Source of the DNA: Phoronis australis
Taxonomy: Eukaryota; Animalia; Phoronida
Assembly: GCA_002633005.1 (NCBI GenBank)
Contig: NMRA01000111.1
Location: 610,412 to 650,741 of the forward strand
DNA: 40,330 nucleotides
Direction of reading: 5' to 3'
A model generated the notes under the pieces. It saw nothing but the letters and a program-made list of their open reading frames with translations, had not been told where the DNA came from and made no database searches. The translations under genes were made by a program, and so were the position numbers. Numbering within the stretch: the first letter of the stretch is position 1; each line of letters starts with the position of its first letter. Below are positions 38,461-40,330 of this stretch, piece after piece.

Positions 38461-39586
38461 CGTTAGACAAGTATTAGTAGTGCTGAGATATCCAGCAGGT
38501 GCCGTTAAACACACATCTCGCCGATTTAACCGGTGCCTTTATTAAATTGATACTAACGGTGTGAATACAGCACAGCAACGTAAGCAAAAATCAGCGACAG
38601 TAGAAAGATGCACTCCGAAAAAGCATAACCGTAATTTTCTGGGATTCACATTTCTTGAACACTGATGAATTAAACACCGACTTGTCTATACAACAGACCA
38701 CCACTTCCTCCATCAGTCATGCCATTTGTTTGCGTAAAGCGCTACCTGTTGAGAATTGGACCAGCCAATCAGAAACGCCGGTGTAAAAAAATTCCCTGTG
38801 AAAATTAATTAAAAGGTACCTGCCTGTTCTCTACCACATAGCGACACGCAGGGAACCAGTGAGTTATCCGCTATTGCGGCTGATCGTCGCGCGTAACTTG
38901 TTGCAGAAATAATCCCAATGAATAAACGGAAAATATAAACTCAATAAATGTGGGTACTAGTAGGTAGCTCGACTTGGCTAATGTTTCATGCTAATCCCGG
39001 TCAGGTTGAAGTGCTGCTGTGCTGACTCAGCAGTTTTAGGCGTGAACTTGTGGAACACACGAGGAAACTCATTCAAATAATAACGTTCACGTCGCACTAC
39101 ACTAAATCAAATTACATTTTAATAAAATGACGTAAATTTTAACCAATGTTTTTCAATTCACCAAACAATAATTACACACATACTCTTCCGATTCTTTGAC
39201 TTACGTAAAGGCCGGGGACTCGAGGAAATGGGTGATGATCATGACTAGACCAATAATTACAAAAATTGCTTGCACTAAACAAAAAGGTTGATTGCCTGTG
39301 TTCTGTCCAGTTAACTGAAATTGAGCTCTAAAACGTGGTTATGCCTTGGACGAAAGAATAAGGTGTTTTAATTTTAAAATTCAACTTGGTCAAGATTGAT
39401 ATTTGAAAACTATAACACATGAAATAGATGTAATGATTAAAACCAAGAAAGCAGAATTGATGCAGTCATATAATTTTTATTTTCAATTGCGAGCCTGATT
39501 TTTTTATCGTAATCAAAATATATATTTAATAACATCAAGTATTCAGAACAATGACAAATCAACTGTTAGTCCCTGTAGTGCCGCAC

Positions 39587-39660
39587 CAGTGGCGGATCTA
39601 CGGGGGGGTTCAGGGGGTTTAAACCCCCCCTTGGGCCAGGACCCAAAATTAAAAAAAAAC
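39587..39660. mobile_element. Left end of the same MITE family as 27840
   Basis: CAGTGGCGGATCTACGGGGGGGTTCAGGGGGTTTAAACCCCCC is nearly identical to 27840-27885. Confidence 0.75.
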
Positions 39661-40330
39661 AAAAACGTCGTCACCAAAACAAAAACGACACCACCAGCGT
39701 GTGTAAACCCCAAGTAAACCAACTTGGAAAAAAAATGAGGGGGGGGTTCACTCTGAAAAAATAAATTTTTGAATTGCAAATTGCTGTTATGAAAATCAAC
39801 GCATTTTGAGTCTTCGTGGATCATCGGCAAAACGCGCGGAGATCAATTGTGGGCGCGCTTCCGTCGACACTTCTGAAGTTGCCAAGCATTTTAGATGGAT
39901 TCACCGCTGAAAGAGCAGCTCTATAGCTGATTTCTTTAGATAACTAGCTTCTTTACTCTAAGATATAATTTGATTTGATTAGGGGAAATACTGTGGTGCC
40001 GCAACCCTGATATTCAGGCAAATTGACGTGCAACGTTTTTACCTCATCTGTCATTCCATTATACCCTACACGTTTGTAACTCGAATTTGACTGGTGTATA
40101 GTAAAGTTGTCTTGCGCAATACATACAGTGTAGCCTACATGTACATGTAGTATTTTTGAAAAGAACTCGTTTTCCGAAGAATTACTATTGTCGCGGGCGC
40201 CGTGGTCTGGTCGCGGAACCGTTTGAAGATGCACTCTAACAAGCTATGTCTATACAAAAAATGACCAAGGGGGCACTCACATTGACAAAGTGACCGCATT
40301 CGCGAACAGTGTACAGTACCAGAAATTGCG

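Overview
AT-rich, repeat-laden draft eukaryotic genomic DNA with N gaps at 1920-1928, 20755, 22411 and 28819-28971. It is probably a marine invertebrate deuterostome, but the taxon is a guess. The only host gene is the 3' part of dynactin subunit 4 (DCTN4/p62) on the + strand: 8 GT-AG exons from 850 to 27029 with consistent phases, giving about 252 C-terminal residues. The introns and the downstream 13 kb are mostly transposon relics: Helentron-associated (HINE/DINE-like) repeats carrying arrays of CTCF-like motifs, one split by a nested TIR element; two Harbinger-type transposase remnants; a Kolobok-like THAP transposase remnant with an internal inversion; and several MITEs. The most unusual object is a 496-bp TG...CA insertion at 32106-32601 with a 5-bp TSD. 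It combines a short LTR with a 59-nt copy of the 3' part of mature tRNA-Ser(GCU), including CCA, present twice as an inverted repeat. The copy differs from the canonical tRNA at the positions where modified bases (m1A58, m3C32, m2,2G26) perturb reverse transcriptase. All protein and family similarities are from memory; no searches were run.
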